DNA from: Neoconidiobolus thromboides FSU 785
Taxonomy: Eukaryota; Fungi; Entomophthoromycota
Length of the DNA stretch: 64,000 bases
Reading direction: 5' to 3'
Assembly: GCA_025603075.1 (NCBI GenBank)
Contig: MU626282.1
Location: 62,001 to 126,000 of the forward strand
The translations under genes were made by a program, and so were the position numbers. Numbering within the stretch: the first letter of the stretch is position 1; each line of letters begins with the position of its first letter. Shown here one piece after another: positions 25,000-37,534 of the stretch. The notes under the pieces are model-generated. The model searched no databases. It was not told where the DNA came from and saw only the letters and a list, made by a program, of their open reading frames with translations.

Positions 25000-25310
25000 T
25001 AGTACAATTACTAAATATCAATGCTAAATGCTTTCCATAAATTCAATAGCTGAGTTTATTACAATTTTCTCTAAATAATTGTTTTTGAGATTTCTTAAGA
25101 TCTTTTGTATCTGAAAAGTACAATTTTAAAGTGCAATTGTATTTATTCTAAACTTAAACTGCGGTAAAGGCTTGTAAGGGTTTATTAAAAAATATGTTCT
25201 GGTTTTTAAAGTTTAGTGCAAATAATGTTAAGTTTCAAGACATCAATTATTTAACGAAAATCTAAAAAAAGCTACACTTTAATTTATGTAAAATATTCAG
25301 CATTGATCTT
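25000..25310 (-). repeat. Right arm of ~300-bp inverted repeat flanking the NADPH oxidase gene
   Basis: Reverse complement reads ATTTTCGTTAAATAATTGATGTCTTGAAACTTAACATTATTTGCACTAAACTTTAAAAACCA...CTTTACCGCAGTTTA...AAGATCTTAAGAAATCTCAAAAACAATT, collinear with the left arm. Confidence 0.85.
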
Positions 25311-25715
25311 TATTAACTATCTAAACATTAAGTGGAGGATAAATTTGGTAACTTAACGGCTATTAAATTTTGTCCATAAATTTTATCAAATCAGTAAGAT
25401 GAACGTGATATTTGAGTACTCTAGTAACACTTTAACACATTAATACATTATAAAGAAATTAGTTTTTATGTTTTGCTTTAATATGTTAAATCACCTATAA
25501 AATATAGTTAACAATTTAAAAATAATAATAAAGCGATTATATAAAATAAAACAAATTCTACTGTCTTTTTTATTATTTAGCAATACATAACTCATTACCA
25601 CTTTATCTTAAAATTGCGTCATTCATTTTTTTACATAGTATTTGTCATAAAAACAAATATAAAAACCATCCCATCTCAACCATATTAAACAATTTAACCT
25701 AAAAGTCAATAAATA

Positions 25716-26362
25716 ATGCATAATCTACTATCCTTGAGTCTAAGAAGATTGATGAAACCTTCAAGTTTATTTAAGCCGTTAATTGCTAACAATACTCCAG
25801 CATTGACTTCCATCACAAGACAATTCACTTTAACTTCCAGAGTTTTAGACACTAACAACTCAATAAAACCAGTGGATGTTACTCTTTCAGAGTTATTAAA
25901 GTTAATTCAAAGCGATTCAAAAAAAACTAAAGGTAGTTTTAACTAAATAAAACCATATTATAGAAATAACAAGTTGTTAGATTTTACTTTAATTGACGTA
26001 CGTGAAAAGCAAGAGCGTTTAGAAGGTGCTATACCAAATTCGAAATGGCTGCCCTTAGGCGAACTTGAAAGCGCCTTAAAATTAGACCCTCATGATTTTA
26101 AAGCAAAATATAAGTTTGAAAAATTTGAAACAGATAAACCAGTTATCTTCCACTGTAGATCTGGTGTTAGATCTGGTAAAGCACAAGATATCGCTATTCA
26201 ACTAGGATATAAAAAGTAAGTTTTATTAGTTGTTTTGAGGCTGTATTAGTGGTATTAACTTTATCCTTTTATTGTTATAGTGCTAGAAATTATAAAGGTA
26301 GTTGGTTAGAATTCTCAAAAGAAAAACCAGAGCTTGTCTGGATTGACCAAGACCTTAAATAA
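25716..26362 (+). CDS. Single-domain rhodanese/thiosulfate sulfurtransferase (Rdl1/Rdl2/TSTD-like) with mitochondrial-type presequence, 3 exons
   Basis: LIDVRE..E...G.IPNS, active-site loop FHCRSGVRS, and a last exon encoding NYKGSWLEF. Confidence 0.9.
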
Positions 26363-26476
26363 AGTAAAGCTTATATGTTATTATAGTAATTTTATGTCAT
26401 CCTATTTTAAAAAGGTTAATAAAAGTAAAAAATAATAATAATACTTTTTATAATAACATCTAATTTTATTTATGAT

Positions 26477-27475
26477 TTATTTAGTTTCATTTTCATTTTT
26501 AAAGATATCGGACAATAAAGCTTTATTATTAGCCTTTTTGTTGTCCTCAGTTTGATTTCTATTATTATTGTTGTTATTATCCTTCTTTCTCAAAAAACTA
26601 GCACTTGAATTGTTCTTGTTTCTAAAATTAAATTGATTATTCTTCACATCTGATCTTAATAAGGAGTCAAACACCTTATTGAAGTAAGTCATATTAATAG
26701 AGTTGCTGTTGTTGCTAGCTTCGCTTAAACTTTGATTACGATTGTGTTTAAATAAGTTTAATGTAACTCTAGGTGCTCCATCTTTATCAATATAAGCTTC
26801 TTGTACATAGAATTGACGTACTTCATGATTGAATGGATTAATCTCATTATCATCTCCTTTATTACCACTTTGCCAGTTACGACCAACGGATACTTTAGCC
26901 AAATAAGATACCACGCCGTTGACGCCCACGGCATGGGCTCCAAATTTAACTCTACCAAGTATTCTACCTTCCACAACTTTCTTTTCTCCACGAGTACTAC
27001 GGTACATTGGGGGAGCTTTTACGGCCAATTGATGAGTATCAAGTAAATTAAAAAACTCATTAATAGCCGATATTTGATTATCCAGTTTTCCATATCGATT
27101 CTTGAATTCTACTTGGCGCTCTTTGGCTTTAGCTAACAACTGTTGGAATTGTTCTTCACTCAACTCAGTTAAATCTATTTTTCTATCTGCCGAAAAACCT
27201 GTCCAATTCTTTTCACTTTGATTACCAAAGTTTTGATTCCATCTTTTGAGGAACAATACATCATGCAGAGCACTATCAAATGGTGTTTGACGTTCTGCGG
27301 TGTCAATTGCTTTTACTGTTATTACAGGTGAACGCCATGCTTTTGGTAAGTTTCTTTTTAATCCCCAATCACCGATCTTTTTGGCTGAACCATGGGTGGT
27401 ATACACTTGCTTGATGGTAGGATCGTAAGTGGCAAACTTAGATGCTCGAAATAATTGTGCAAATGATTTAGACAT
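26477..27475 (-). CDS. MRP51: Mitochondrial small-subunit ribosomal protein Mrp51 (bS1m)-like
   Basis: FAQLFRASKFATYDP..QVY......GDWGLKRNLP and IDT.E.QTPF match the Mrp51 family N-terminus; intronless 332 aa. Confidence 0.8.
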   Translation of the reverse strand: MSKSFAQLFRASKFATYDPTIKQVYTTHGSAKKIGDWGLKRNLPKAWRSPVITVKAIDTAERQTPFDSALHDVLFLKRWNQNFGNQSEKNWTGFSADRKIDLTELSEEQFQQLLAKAKERQVEFKNRYGKLDNQISAINEFFNLLDTHQLAVKAPPMYRSTRGEKKVVEGRILGRVKFGAHAVGVNGVVSYLAKVSVGRNWQSGNKGDDNEINPFNHEVRQFYVQEAYIDKDGAPRVTLNLFKHNRNQSLSEASNNSNSINMTYFNKVFDSLLRSDVKNNQFNFRNKNNSSASFLRKKDNNNNNNRNQTEDNKKANNKALLSDIFKNENETK

Positions 27476-28046
27476 TGCTTTTATGTCAGTTATTGAGTTT
27501 TGATTTTTGTCTTATTTAAAATCTCAAAATTTAAAAATTTGGTTAAATTTGGGATTGATTTTTATGGGTTGGAAATTGACTATTTCTATTTGCAAAAATT
27601 GAATTAGCATTTGAGTTTACATTTGTGCATCTAATTAATGACTTTACCTTTGAAACATGGAAATTTTAAAATCCTGGTTAAAAAAATTCCATTTCATTTT
27701 TTTGTCCATTTTATATGTAGTGTATAAATTTCTTAAATCTTAGATAATGAATAAAACGCTCTCATGGAGTAATTTTAAAAAATGCAACTAATTTCATAGT
27801 ATGTGGTTAGTTTGCAATTTTTACTAATTTAAATTGGACAAAAATTGAGCTGAGCTCTTAAACTAATTCATATAATACTGTTTTTGATCTAATAAGTGTA
27901 TAAAAGCTATACCCAAGAATGTCTTTTTTCTACTGTCATTTACTATTTTAATACAAGTGTTATAAAAGATTCACTATTATGCTGAAAAAGTTGAAAAGGT
28001 CACGTATGCCTCTATTAAAAATAAAATTAACTTTTAATTAAGATGT

Positions 28047-28138
28047 GTGGATGTATTTTTTTTAACAATTTTACTAACAGTCTTTCCACTCAAACAGTGC
28101 TTAAAAAATGGAAAATAATAAGTTAAAAAAACATTCCC
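28047..28138 (-). mobile_element. MITE family copy 8
   Basis: GTGGATGTATTTTT...TTCCACTCAAACAGTGCTTAAAAAATGGAAAA...AAAACATTCCC|AT, about 60 bp past the HOP2 stop. Confidence 0.85.
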
Positions 28139-28197
28139 ATATAATTATATTATCAGTAGTAATTGAGCATATGTTTATTTAATAGATTTAGGATATA

Positions 28198-29149
28198 TTA
28201 TAATTTTAATATTTCATAAAAATTTATATTTAACATAGAGTCATCCTCAAGGTTAATTTCATCCTAAAGCTAATATTAATTGATTTTTATTTAAAAAAGG
28301 ATAAAATACCATAAATTCGGACATTTTCTTATCACTGTTTTCTAAAATTTTATTTATAATAGAGTAAAACTAAAAACTAAAAATGTGATAAAGATAAGTC
28401 AAATAAAATTACCAGCTTTTTTCTATTAACATAAAGATTTTTATATTTAGCAAATTGCGTTTGTATTTCTGGTGCTTCATTTAAATATTCATTTTCGGAG
28501 GAGTCATTTAACAAATTGTTTATCTTTTCTATTTTATTGTTTAAATTGTTTATCTAATATTTTTTAGTATGACTATATATCTGTTAAATAAGATACATTT
28601 TCATTTAATAATTTGATGTCTGACTCAATCTTGTCAATAGGCTCCAAATTTGCATACTTTTTGTATTCTTTATCTAACTCTTTATTCAACTCCTGCTCTT
28701 GTTTAAGTACATTAGATAGTCTTTCGTTCTCATTCTCAATATCTTCCATTTCTTTTTCACTTGGCTTATCTTCATCCTCCTATCAATATTAATTTCTAAT
28801 AACTTCATAACATTTAAGCAACCTGTTTTATACAATAAATAACAGTTTTATTGTATGTTTTACTAATAAGTTTATCCTCCAATGCTAATTTAGCTATTGC
28901 TTTCTGGATTGTTGCTTTACTGATTTTATCCGCTAGGTTATTTACAATATCATCTACAATATTAAAATATTAAGTTAAATTAAATTAAGCTAAATTGTTA
29001 TACTTATTCCATATGGTCGATTTTGAAGTTTCATGTAGTTTAAAATGTGTTCATCTTAATAAAATTTAACTATCATCTTTTTTATTAATGTTTTAAATAC
29101 CTGCTTCTTCACCATCAAGTCCATTAACTAACTTTTTTTTAACAGCCAT
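28198..29149 (-). CDS. HOP2: Homologous-pairing protein Hop2 (TBPIP/PSMC3IP), about 7 exons
   Basis: Missed by ORF track. Spliced: MAVKKK...EHILNYMKLQNRPYGINDIVNNL...KATIQKAIAKLALEDKLISKTYNKTVIYCIKQ (winged helix), coiled coil, then YVNRKKLFYSIINKILE...KKMSEFMDEINLEDD. Confidence 0.85.
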
Positions 29150-29832
29150 TGTATTTAAATATAATTCAACTTTCGAATTTTATACTTTTATTTATATATA
29201 TATCATAAATGCATTATATTGATACTATATAAGAAGTGTACAATAAACTAATTTGATTTTGTTATTAGTATTGTATTTTTGAATAACTTTAAATCTTTGA
29301 AAGAATTTAATAATAAATGCATTTTAGATAAATTAGTAAGCGAGGGAGCATTTTAACTAGGAAACTGTAGTAATCTTCTCATCAATAATCTTTTTCATCA
29401 TAATTAATATGCGTGAGTTTAGATGAGGCAATAGATTATAACTAAATTGTATATTCGACTATTTTAAAGCATAATTTAATATATTTACAACTCTTAGAAG
29501 TGAGGCTTTGAGCTGATTTTAAGCTTTAAAGATAAATAGTATAGTTTGGAGTATATCAATTGCAAAATACTTCTTATATTTACTCATTCAAAGTTGTTTT
29601 GAATTTTGTAATATTGAATATCAAAATTATTTCTTAAAGCATGAACCTTAACCTATATGCTTTGTAAAAAGGGCTTCTAAATATGGAGAATTTGATTGAA
29701 TACTTTATGCTTACGTTGCAATATCAAATAAAATTAAAAGTTTAAGGATAACCTTATACGAAATTAGAATTAATCTTTTAAACCTTCTTTAATTAAAACG
29801 ATTTCATAAACTACATAAGCTAATATTTAGAT

Positions 29833-31026
29833 ATGAGTTTCAACAACATAAACGAAAAAATCAACATGATCATAGATACTGATCCTGGCGTAGATGATAT
29901 CTTAGCTTTATTATTAGCTTTTAGAGCTCAGCATGTTGATGTTAAATCCATCTGTCTAACTCATGGTAACACCAACTTAAACAACGTAATGCGAAATTTT
30001 TGCTCTCTATTTCATACTTTGACTTTACAACATAACTACAACTTGGCTAAAGATCAAAACGCCAAAGATTTATTTTCAAAGCCAAATTTACCGCGTGTAG
30101 CTATAGGTTCAACTGCCCCTATGAAAGGAGATTGTTTTGCGGCTGAAGATGTACATGGTAGTGATGGATTTGGTAACTTAACAAATACACATCCCCATTT
30201 TATTGATAATGAATTCAAATCCAAGTTGTCTAAAGAAGTAGCATTTGAAAATAAAGTAAACGATACCGGAGCAAGATTTGAAGTTAGTGAATACAATGCA
30301 GTAGATGAGATCCTTTTTCAATTAAAAAACAATCCACCGTTCACTATTACTATTGTTACTTTAGGGCCTTTAACCAATCTTGCTAAAGCGATACAAAAGG
30401 ATGCTTATACTGTAGGTTTGGCAAAACATATTTACATCATGGGCGGTGCTTGTAAAGTACCTGGAAATGTAACCACTGAAGCAGAATTTAATTTCTTTGC
30501 TGATGGGTATGCGGCAAAGGTAGTACTTGACGCTACCAGAAATTTCGATGAAGCAGCTCATTTAGAAAGGATAAAAAATAGCTCAATTGATACCAAATTT
30601 GATACTATATTACCACTAGCTATCTCTTTAGTGCCATTAGATATTACAATGAGTACTTATTTGCTTCGTAAAACAATTGAAAATAAAGTAGGACTGAAAC
30701 AGGATATACCGTTAGCTAGCTTTTTCAAGAATTTGTTAAATGTTGCGATTGAATGGTCTTTAGAATTTGAGAAAGTTGATGGGATTGCGTTACACGATCC
30801 CTTGTGTATGGGCATTGCTATAGGATTAGTAAAACCAAAAACAGAGTATGAGACTATAGATGTACACTATGAGCATGAGCATTTACTCGGTAAATGTGTG
30901 ATTAAAACTACCTTAACTGAAAGCCCAGATGTAAAGAAAGATTGTTCTTGTGTTAGAGTTTGTTATTCTTTTGATGAAGCTGATGGATTTCAACATTCCT
31001 TAATGAATTATATTTTTGAAAATTAA
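29833..31026 (+). CDS. Inosine/uridine-preferring nucleoside hydrolase (Urh1-like)
   Basis: IIDTDPGVDD, VHGSDGFG, LGPLTNLA, MGG..GNVT.EAEFNF..D, LDIT, ALHDP; intronless 397 aa. Confidence 0.93.
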   Translation: MSFNNINEKINMIIDTDPGVDDILALLLAFRAQHVDVKSICLTHGNTNLNNVMRNFCSLFHTLTLQHNYNLAKDQNAKDLFSKPNLPRVAIGSTAPMKGDCFAAEDVHGSDGFGNLTNTHPHFIDNEFKSKLSKEVAFENKVNDTGARFEVSEYNAVDEILFQLKNNPPFTITIVTLGPLTNLAKAIQKDAYTVGLAKHIYIMGGACKVPGNVTTEAEFNFFADGYAAKVVLDATRNFDEAAHLERIKNSSIDTKFDTILPLAISLVPLDITMSTYLLRKTIENKVGLKQDIPLASFFKNLLNVAIEWSLEFEKVDGIALHDPLCMGIAIGLVKPKTEYETIDVHYEHEHLLGKCVIKTTLTESPDVKKDCSCVRVCYSFDEADGFQHSLMNYIFEN

Positions 31027-32206
31027 ATATTGACACTCTTAATATATCTCACTATAGTTAATTAAATTTTGATGTCTTTATTTCGATTATTTTATCTTTA
31101 TTTATAAACCAGCCTCAAGGCATTGACAATTATATAATAGTTAAAGAATGAGCTTTCAGTAATATTTAATTTTAATTCTTGAAAATTATCTTCTCATGTG
31201 AATGAATTCCTTATAAACAAAACTTTACTTAACTTATTGCTGATTTTAAAATGAATCGAATTTTCATCTCCAGAGTTCCAAGAAATTACATAAGTTCTCC
31301 TCCAATCATATATATAACAATAAAAAATATCAAACTAATGTCATATTCCAATATAATTAATTTTCTGCAAAAAATAATCATATTAAAAATTGAAACAGAG
31401 AATTTTTTATAAATTAAACCACTTTTAGCGGTAAATTTTGAAATGTTCCAAAAACCGAAAGAGTACATCATATTGGCTTGATTCGGATAGTTTATCTCCC
31501 CAAAAAATAATATTTAACAAATATAATTTGGAGTAAGATATGTTTAATAATATGTTTTATAACATGCGTTAGATAGTATATTTTTTAAAGTTATCTTTTA
31601 TACATTTTAGTTAAAATATTTAACTTTAAAATTTTTAACAAGAAGCTAACGCTATCAATAAATTAACTACAATTGTTATTTTTGTAACTTAAAGAAATTA
31701 AAGTTTAGGCCAATTACAGTCTTTTAATTTTATACTTGGTAATGATGAAAAAATCCTATCTTTATTCCCAATATTTATTAATAGCTGATAACAATTTCGT
31801 AAAGTAGCTAAGAATTGTCACCACATGTAGCCAAAAAAATAAAATTAATTAATAAGGCCGATTTTATTTAATGATTATCCAAAAATTGACCCAAAAATTC
31901 CGTGAACTGAAAATGATGGAGCCAATCATGATAATTGAAATTTCCCAAAATCAAAGTTTCCTAAACTAAAAGTGGCAATTTTTCACTATTTCCATTACCG
32001 TTGCTTTTAAAAAGTTTTTGTATTTTTCTTTTATTTATTTCTTTACTCTAAGCTTTTTTATACTATTTATTGATTAAAGTTTGAGTATCATTATCTCATA
32101 GTGAATAGTGTTTAGTTATAAAACATCCTTATTCAATACTAATTTAATCCCACCCTCTTTCACCCTTTCTATTTAATAAAACTGACATCTACCCGATAAC
32201 TTCTCA

Positions 32207-33229
32207 ATGAATATGTTTGCTGAAAAAGAACTTAGAGAATGGAATAAGACAGAGTATTTTAAACAAAACCATAAACAATATGTTAAATCAAAAACACAAG
32301 TCAACCCGATAAACAACCCGAATGAACTACCACCATTGTATAAATATCCATTAGATATACTTAAATCTCATCTGGCAAGAAATGAAAAGATGCTAAACGA
32401 TAGGTAAGATAAAGTAGTAAAAACGTGGTCGATATGAACTAATTATTTGAATAGAGAGTTTGTTGAAAAGCTTCCAGATAAAGGAAAAAAGTTATACGAA
32501 TCAAACAAATTAATTAAAGAAGCAATTAATATAAAGTTAAAATTCAGTGCCGTTCCACCACCATCAGTGCCCAATAAAGTGACCAAAAGCTATAACCATA
32601 CTCAAACACGATCTTTAAGTGATGCAGAAATAAAAGCATTGCGAAGTCGGATGCTTAAACAAGGCAATCGATCTCAAGATGCAAGTATGGATTCTATTAA
32701 TGAACAGATCAAAAAGTTGTCAATTGGTAACAAGTCGTATACCAGTAGCTCAGAAACCAGTAGTTCGTCTAGAGAAAGTTTATCCTCAATATCAAGCTTG
32801 GCCAATAGCTCTGAAAATATAGCAAAGCTTCGAAATACAATAAATAGAACAAATCTAGAAGTACAAGACATCAGCTATAGCAGTAGAAAATATCCTGCCT
32901 CCTCTAGGAGTCATACGGCTAGTAGAGAAGACATTTATAAACAACAATCTGAGCAGGAAAGAAGGCGTCAGGTAAACTTGATTGTAGCTTTGGTTTAATA
33001 GATATTAATTTGTTTTTTAGCATGAAGTTATGTTACATAAAATGGCCAACCAGCCAAAGGGAACTAAACCGAAACATGTACAGCAATCACAAAGGTAAGA
33101 TATCATATATTATGTAATAAGATACAAGTACTAAAATGTTATTATAGACGCCCATTGTTTACAGGGTTTGATTGTGACGATGATGACTCCGATGACTTTG
33201 ATGGCTTTAGTGAGGATGAATACTGTTAG
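32207..33229 (+). CDS. Protein with Gdown1/GRINL1A (POLR2M)-like LPDKG motif, 4 exons
   Basis: Exons 32207-32403, 32455-32971, 33021-33094, 33148-33229. [39 protein letters not shown] parallels human Gdown1 [39 protein letters not shown] (recalled); acidic C-terminus. Confidence 0.7.
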
Positions 33230-33850
33230 AGTTTAACATCATTGACTTGTTTTAGTGGTATTAGGTTTTAAAATTGAATAATAACTAACTTATTTTGGCA
33301 ATTATCTCTTTGTTTGGGTGCTATGTTTCATTTAAATAATCTTGCTTATCTTGGACCCTTTTTTTACATGCATTGAAATAAAGTTTACATCATTTGTATA
33401 GTTTTAATGCGATCTTTCTCTTATCTCTGTTTAAACTTTAATCTCAATTTATTAATAAACAAGTTATTTCTTCTTCGAGTAGATATCCCCTACTTTTATT
33501 CTTAGTAAATTCAACTTTATGCTAGCTAATTAATTAATAATACTTTCGCGCTAACCAAGATTTCATTAATTTAAATTAATTAAATTAAATTTTGATAAAA
33601 ACATCAATTTTTTATTAAATGTCTTATCATCATCTATCAAATGATGTATGTGTCTAAAACTAAAAAAAAGAAAGGTTTAAAAAATAAAAAGATTTAAAGG
33701 TATATATGGCATAAATGGAAGGTATTTTTAGTTTAGAATAGACTAGTAATTTTAAAGCTTAATTTTTATAGATAGAAGCAAAGCTTTATTCTTTATTCTC
33801 AAAATGACGCTTTTTTTGTTAAAAGCAATACTAGATTGATGAACAATATT

Positions 33851-33947
33851 GGAGATGTTTTTTTGGCTTCATCATTTTTTCCATTTTTTAAGCACTATTT
33901 GAGTGAAAAATTGTTACTAAAATTCTTAAGTACAAAAATACATCCCC
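33851..33947 (+). mobile_element. MITE family copy 9
   Basis: GGAGATGTTTTTTTGGCTTCATC...AAAAATACATCCCC|AT. Confidence 0.9.
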
Positions 33948-34544
33948 ATCAATAACAATATGAGCTAAAATTAAAAATAAGGGTTAAGGATCTCTTATCT
34001 GTATTCTATTTTTAAAAAATGATATAAGTTATTATTAGAAATTAGCAGCAAGTGTCTTTTGTTTCTTTGTACGCTTTTAAGCTGTTTAAAAAATGGTCAA
34101 AAAATTAAACTGAGTACAAAAATAGTAGCATTTCTATAAAATACCCCTTTGTTATATTGACATTTGTGAAAATTTTTCATCTAATTATTGTTTATTTCAT
34201 GTCATATTTATTCTGTATAAGTCTCAGCACTTTCATAAAGACAAAGAGATTTTTTAGTGTAGAGATTATATTACTGCTACTATTAAATGTACTATTAACA
34301 ATCTATTTTTAAATATAAGAAAAGTTTGAAATTTTTTTATAATAAATTGCTGCTTTCAAACAATGTCCACACCATATGCTAAAAAATATTGTCACTTTAA
34401 AGTTAAATTTTGAGCAAAAACTATTGGTTCTAAAATTTAAATTTCACAATTACAAAACGATGTCCTAATTAAAAATTTAATGTTTTAACCCTTGTAATTA
34501 AAACAACAGCTACAGATATAGGATAAGGTACGAGTAAGGATAAG

Positions 34545-36598
34545 ATGCAAAAAGAAATTATATGCATAAGTAGCGACTCGGAGGAAGATAAAATTAAGAA
34601 TAAAGTTATATGTTTAAATACTGATTCCGAAGATGAGAATAAAAATCCTGCAATTGAAATCAAATCACCATTTAGTGATGAAGGATCATTTCATGGATCC
34701 GATGATATCTTTGATGAGGACAAGTTTCCTTTTTTAGGTGATAAAAATTTTCTAAACGATTCAATGGAAGAAACGCCTAAGAAAGTAAAAGCAAAAAAAA
34801 CTACAAATAGGAAAATTAAAGCTAAAGAAGTTAAAAGGCCAAAAGTTGAAGCTAAAAAAGTTAAAGGAAAGAACCCTGGAAAGAAAAACGCTGAAGAGAC
34901 TCTTAGTGATATTGATTGGGAACCGTCAGTTGCTAATGTAGATGCCAATCCCCTGGAAAGTCAGAATAATAATGGGCAAGAAAATGAAAATGTAAAGAAA
35001 AGAAGGATCATGAGACCAAAGTTAGAACTGGATGACTTTTTTGTTAATAACTGTAAGTTGTTAGGTTACTTGTTTTGATTATTAAACTGATATATATAAG
35101 TTGCGATGGATTACATTGAAAGTGAAGAAGAAGTTATGCCAGATACTAAAACAGCTGATACTGCAAAAGATGATAGTATATTGGACTCTAGTCCATACCA
35201 GAGCTCTTTAGACAGGTAGAATTTTTATTATTACTAAATATAAATTATAAAGCTTTAGTTTAGTATTGATAGAGAGCTTGGTATTTCACCATTAATAACT
35301 AAAAAGAAGAAAAAACGTAAAATAACTGGCCTATCTGATTCATCAAAATCGTCTCTCAGTAGTCAATTAAATGACCTAGAAAATGGGTAAGAAAAGACGT
35401 TTAGTTAAATGGACATCAAATTTTAATCATAAGATAATAGAAATCAACTTTTGCCACGAAAAACATCATCTTCTATATCGACTTCTATTACTAAAAACAA
35501 AAGGTAAAGGGTTCTACTTTAATCTTCGAGAAAATTAAGTTATGTATTTAGTGAGCAAGAAGATAATAGTAAAGCTATAAGCCCACCAGCAAATGATAAT
35601 GTTTCGAATAGCAATAAAGAAAGGTAATAATAAATGTAAACAAATAAATGAATGTTTATTTTTTTTCTAGTTCAGGAATAGAGCTAAATGATGAATTTAA
35701 TGACCAAACTAAAAGACAAAACAGGCCTAAACCCGACCCGATAATCGATGGATTAGACCCAGAATTACAAGCTATCTACGAAGAAATGTTTAATGAAGAT
35801 GGAGGTAATGCAGCTAAAGATAAAAATAATGTGAACGGCGGCAAATGTCATATACGTTGTAATTTCCCAATAGTCCCAGATCAACCAATATTAGCCAGCA
35901 AAAATAAGTGGCATAGACCTATTGAGTTTATACTTACTTTGGTAATTATATAATATTTCAAATTTACTAATGCTCAATTCATTAAAACTATTAGAATGAT
36001 GATTTTCAAATAATGTTACATTCTTTAGCAGATAAGAAGAAAGTCAACTATCAAAAAATATGTATAGAATATCAACAGGTAAAAGTATTCCCTTATACTA
36101 CTCCTGAAGGCTTAGGTATCAAAGAAGGCGATACGATACAATTTGGTAAATGATAAAGTAAATTAATTTCGATAATAATCATGTATTAATTGAATTCTAG
36201 ACGTTTATTTAAGTGAAATTTATGAAAAAGTATTGGAAAACAGAAAGAAAGAAAAAGAAGAAAAGATGATAGAGCTCGAGAAACAAGAAATAGAATCTAT
36301 CTGGAAGCCAGAGCCTGTCGATGAGGTTGTAAGATATTCTATTTTTGTCAAACCTCCAAAAGGAGAAGTTATAAAGTTTAAAATGAATTTAGTAAGTAAG
36401 ATAGGTTTATTAATATTATAACTAATAAGCAATTAGGAATCTACAATTCAAACTCTTTTAGATAATGTGAAACAAAAATTAAATAGTGGAGAAGCAAAAA
36501 TGAAGCTAGAGTTTGATGGAATACTATTAGATCCTACATTAAAGTTAAAAGAAACCGAGCTAGAAAACGAAGATATGGTTAATCTATGGATTGAGTAA
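34545..36598 (+). CDS. Rad60/Esc2/NFATC2IP-like protein with C-terminal SUMO-like domains, multi-exon
   Basis: Acidic, low-complexity N-terminus starting with a SIM-like EIICISSDSEED, then two ubiquitin-fold segments ending KMKLEFDGILLDPTLKLKETELENEDMVNLWIE*. Confidence 0.75.
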
Positions 36599-36654
36599 AA
36601 ATAACCATGAAAAAATAAACTTAATTAGTAATGCCCTTTAAATAACAGCTTTAT

Positions 36655-37534
36655 TTATTTGCGAGAATGTTGGCTTAATTTTAAGTTTCTTATTTTAATC
36701 AAATTCTGATGAATTTTAGCTTTAAGCTTCTCTTTAACTTTAGCTAACTTTTCAAATTCTTCTTGTTCAGCTTGTTCACCTTGATAATTACAAATGAATA
36801 TAAACACTTTTATAGAAATATGTCTTACTATATGGCTGTGCTGGTGTTTTTTTGGCGGGCAGCGTAATCGTAGGCTGCTTTAAATAAGTTTGATAAAAAG
36901 CTTCATAGGGTTCGTTGAAAACCTTAAAAATTAAAGTTTAAATAAGATCAAAGCAGATGTTAAGCAATGTTACCAGCTCATCGTAGTGAAAAGAGTGTAC
37001 AACCTTACCTCTACTCCATGTTGTATTTGAAACATCATCCAATGGATACAATCTAAGGTTATGATAAAGCGTAATTAACTTTTCGTTACAGGCTAATGTA
37101 AACAATAATTTAATCACAATCTCAAACTCTCCCCACCCCGTTTCAGTAACTTCAAAAGGGTATTTTTCAACTGAGCGATTATTATTATCGTAAGTGTCAT
37201 GTAACCTGAAGGTAACCCTTCTTAGCATAAAACTTAAATCTTCTCCATTAACACCACGGACAAATACAGTCCAACGATGTGTATGGTTTTCCGGTGCTTC
37301 TGACTTTTCTTTTGCTGATAATGGGATCGCCTGGCTTCCATATACAAATGGTATGTAAAAACATACATCCTAATTTGAGGTATTTAATGTTTAGTATCCT
37401 TTTCTTTTGGTTTATGATGTCTGCTACCTTTGCTCTTCTTCCACTCTATTAATAATAAATATTTTACTAAATTATTTTTATTTTTTTACCATTACTTGGA
37501 TTGATTCATTGAAATTAATTTTTATCGTTTGCAT
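36655..37534 (-). CDS. YAF9: YEATS-domain protein Yaf9 (NuA4/SWR1 subunit), multi-exon
   Basis: PFVYGS...HTHRWTVFVRG..GEDLS.ML.RVTFRLHDTY.N..RSVEKYPFEVTETGWGEFEI...YDEL, followed by a coiled-coil tail. Start exon inferred. Confidence 0.92.

Noticed and set aside
28540-28590. HOP2 intron donor GTATCTTA as a possible U12-type intron
   Set aside because: Does not match GTATCCTT and no TCCTTAAC branch site is visible.
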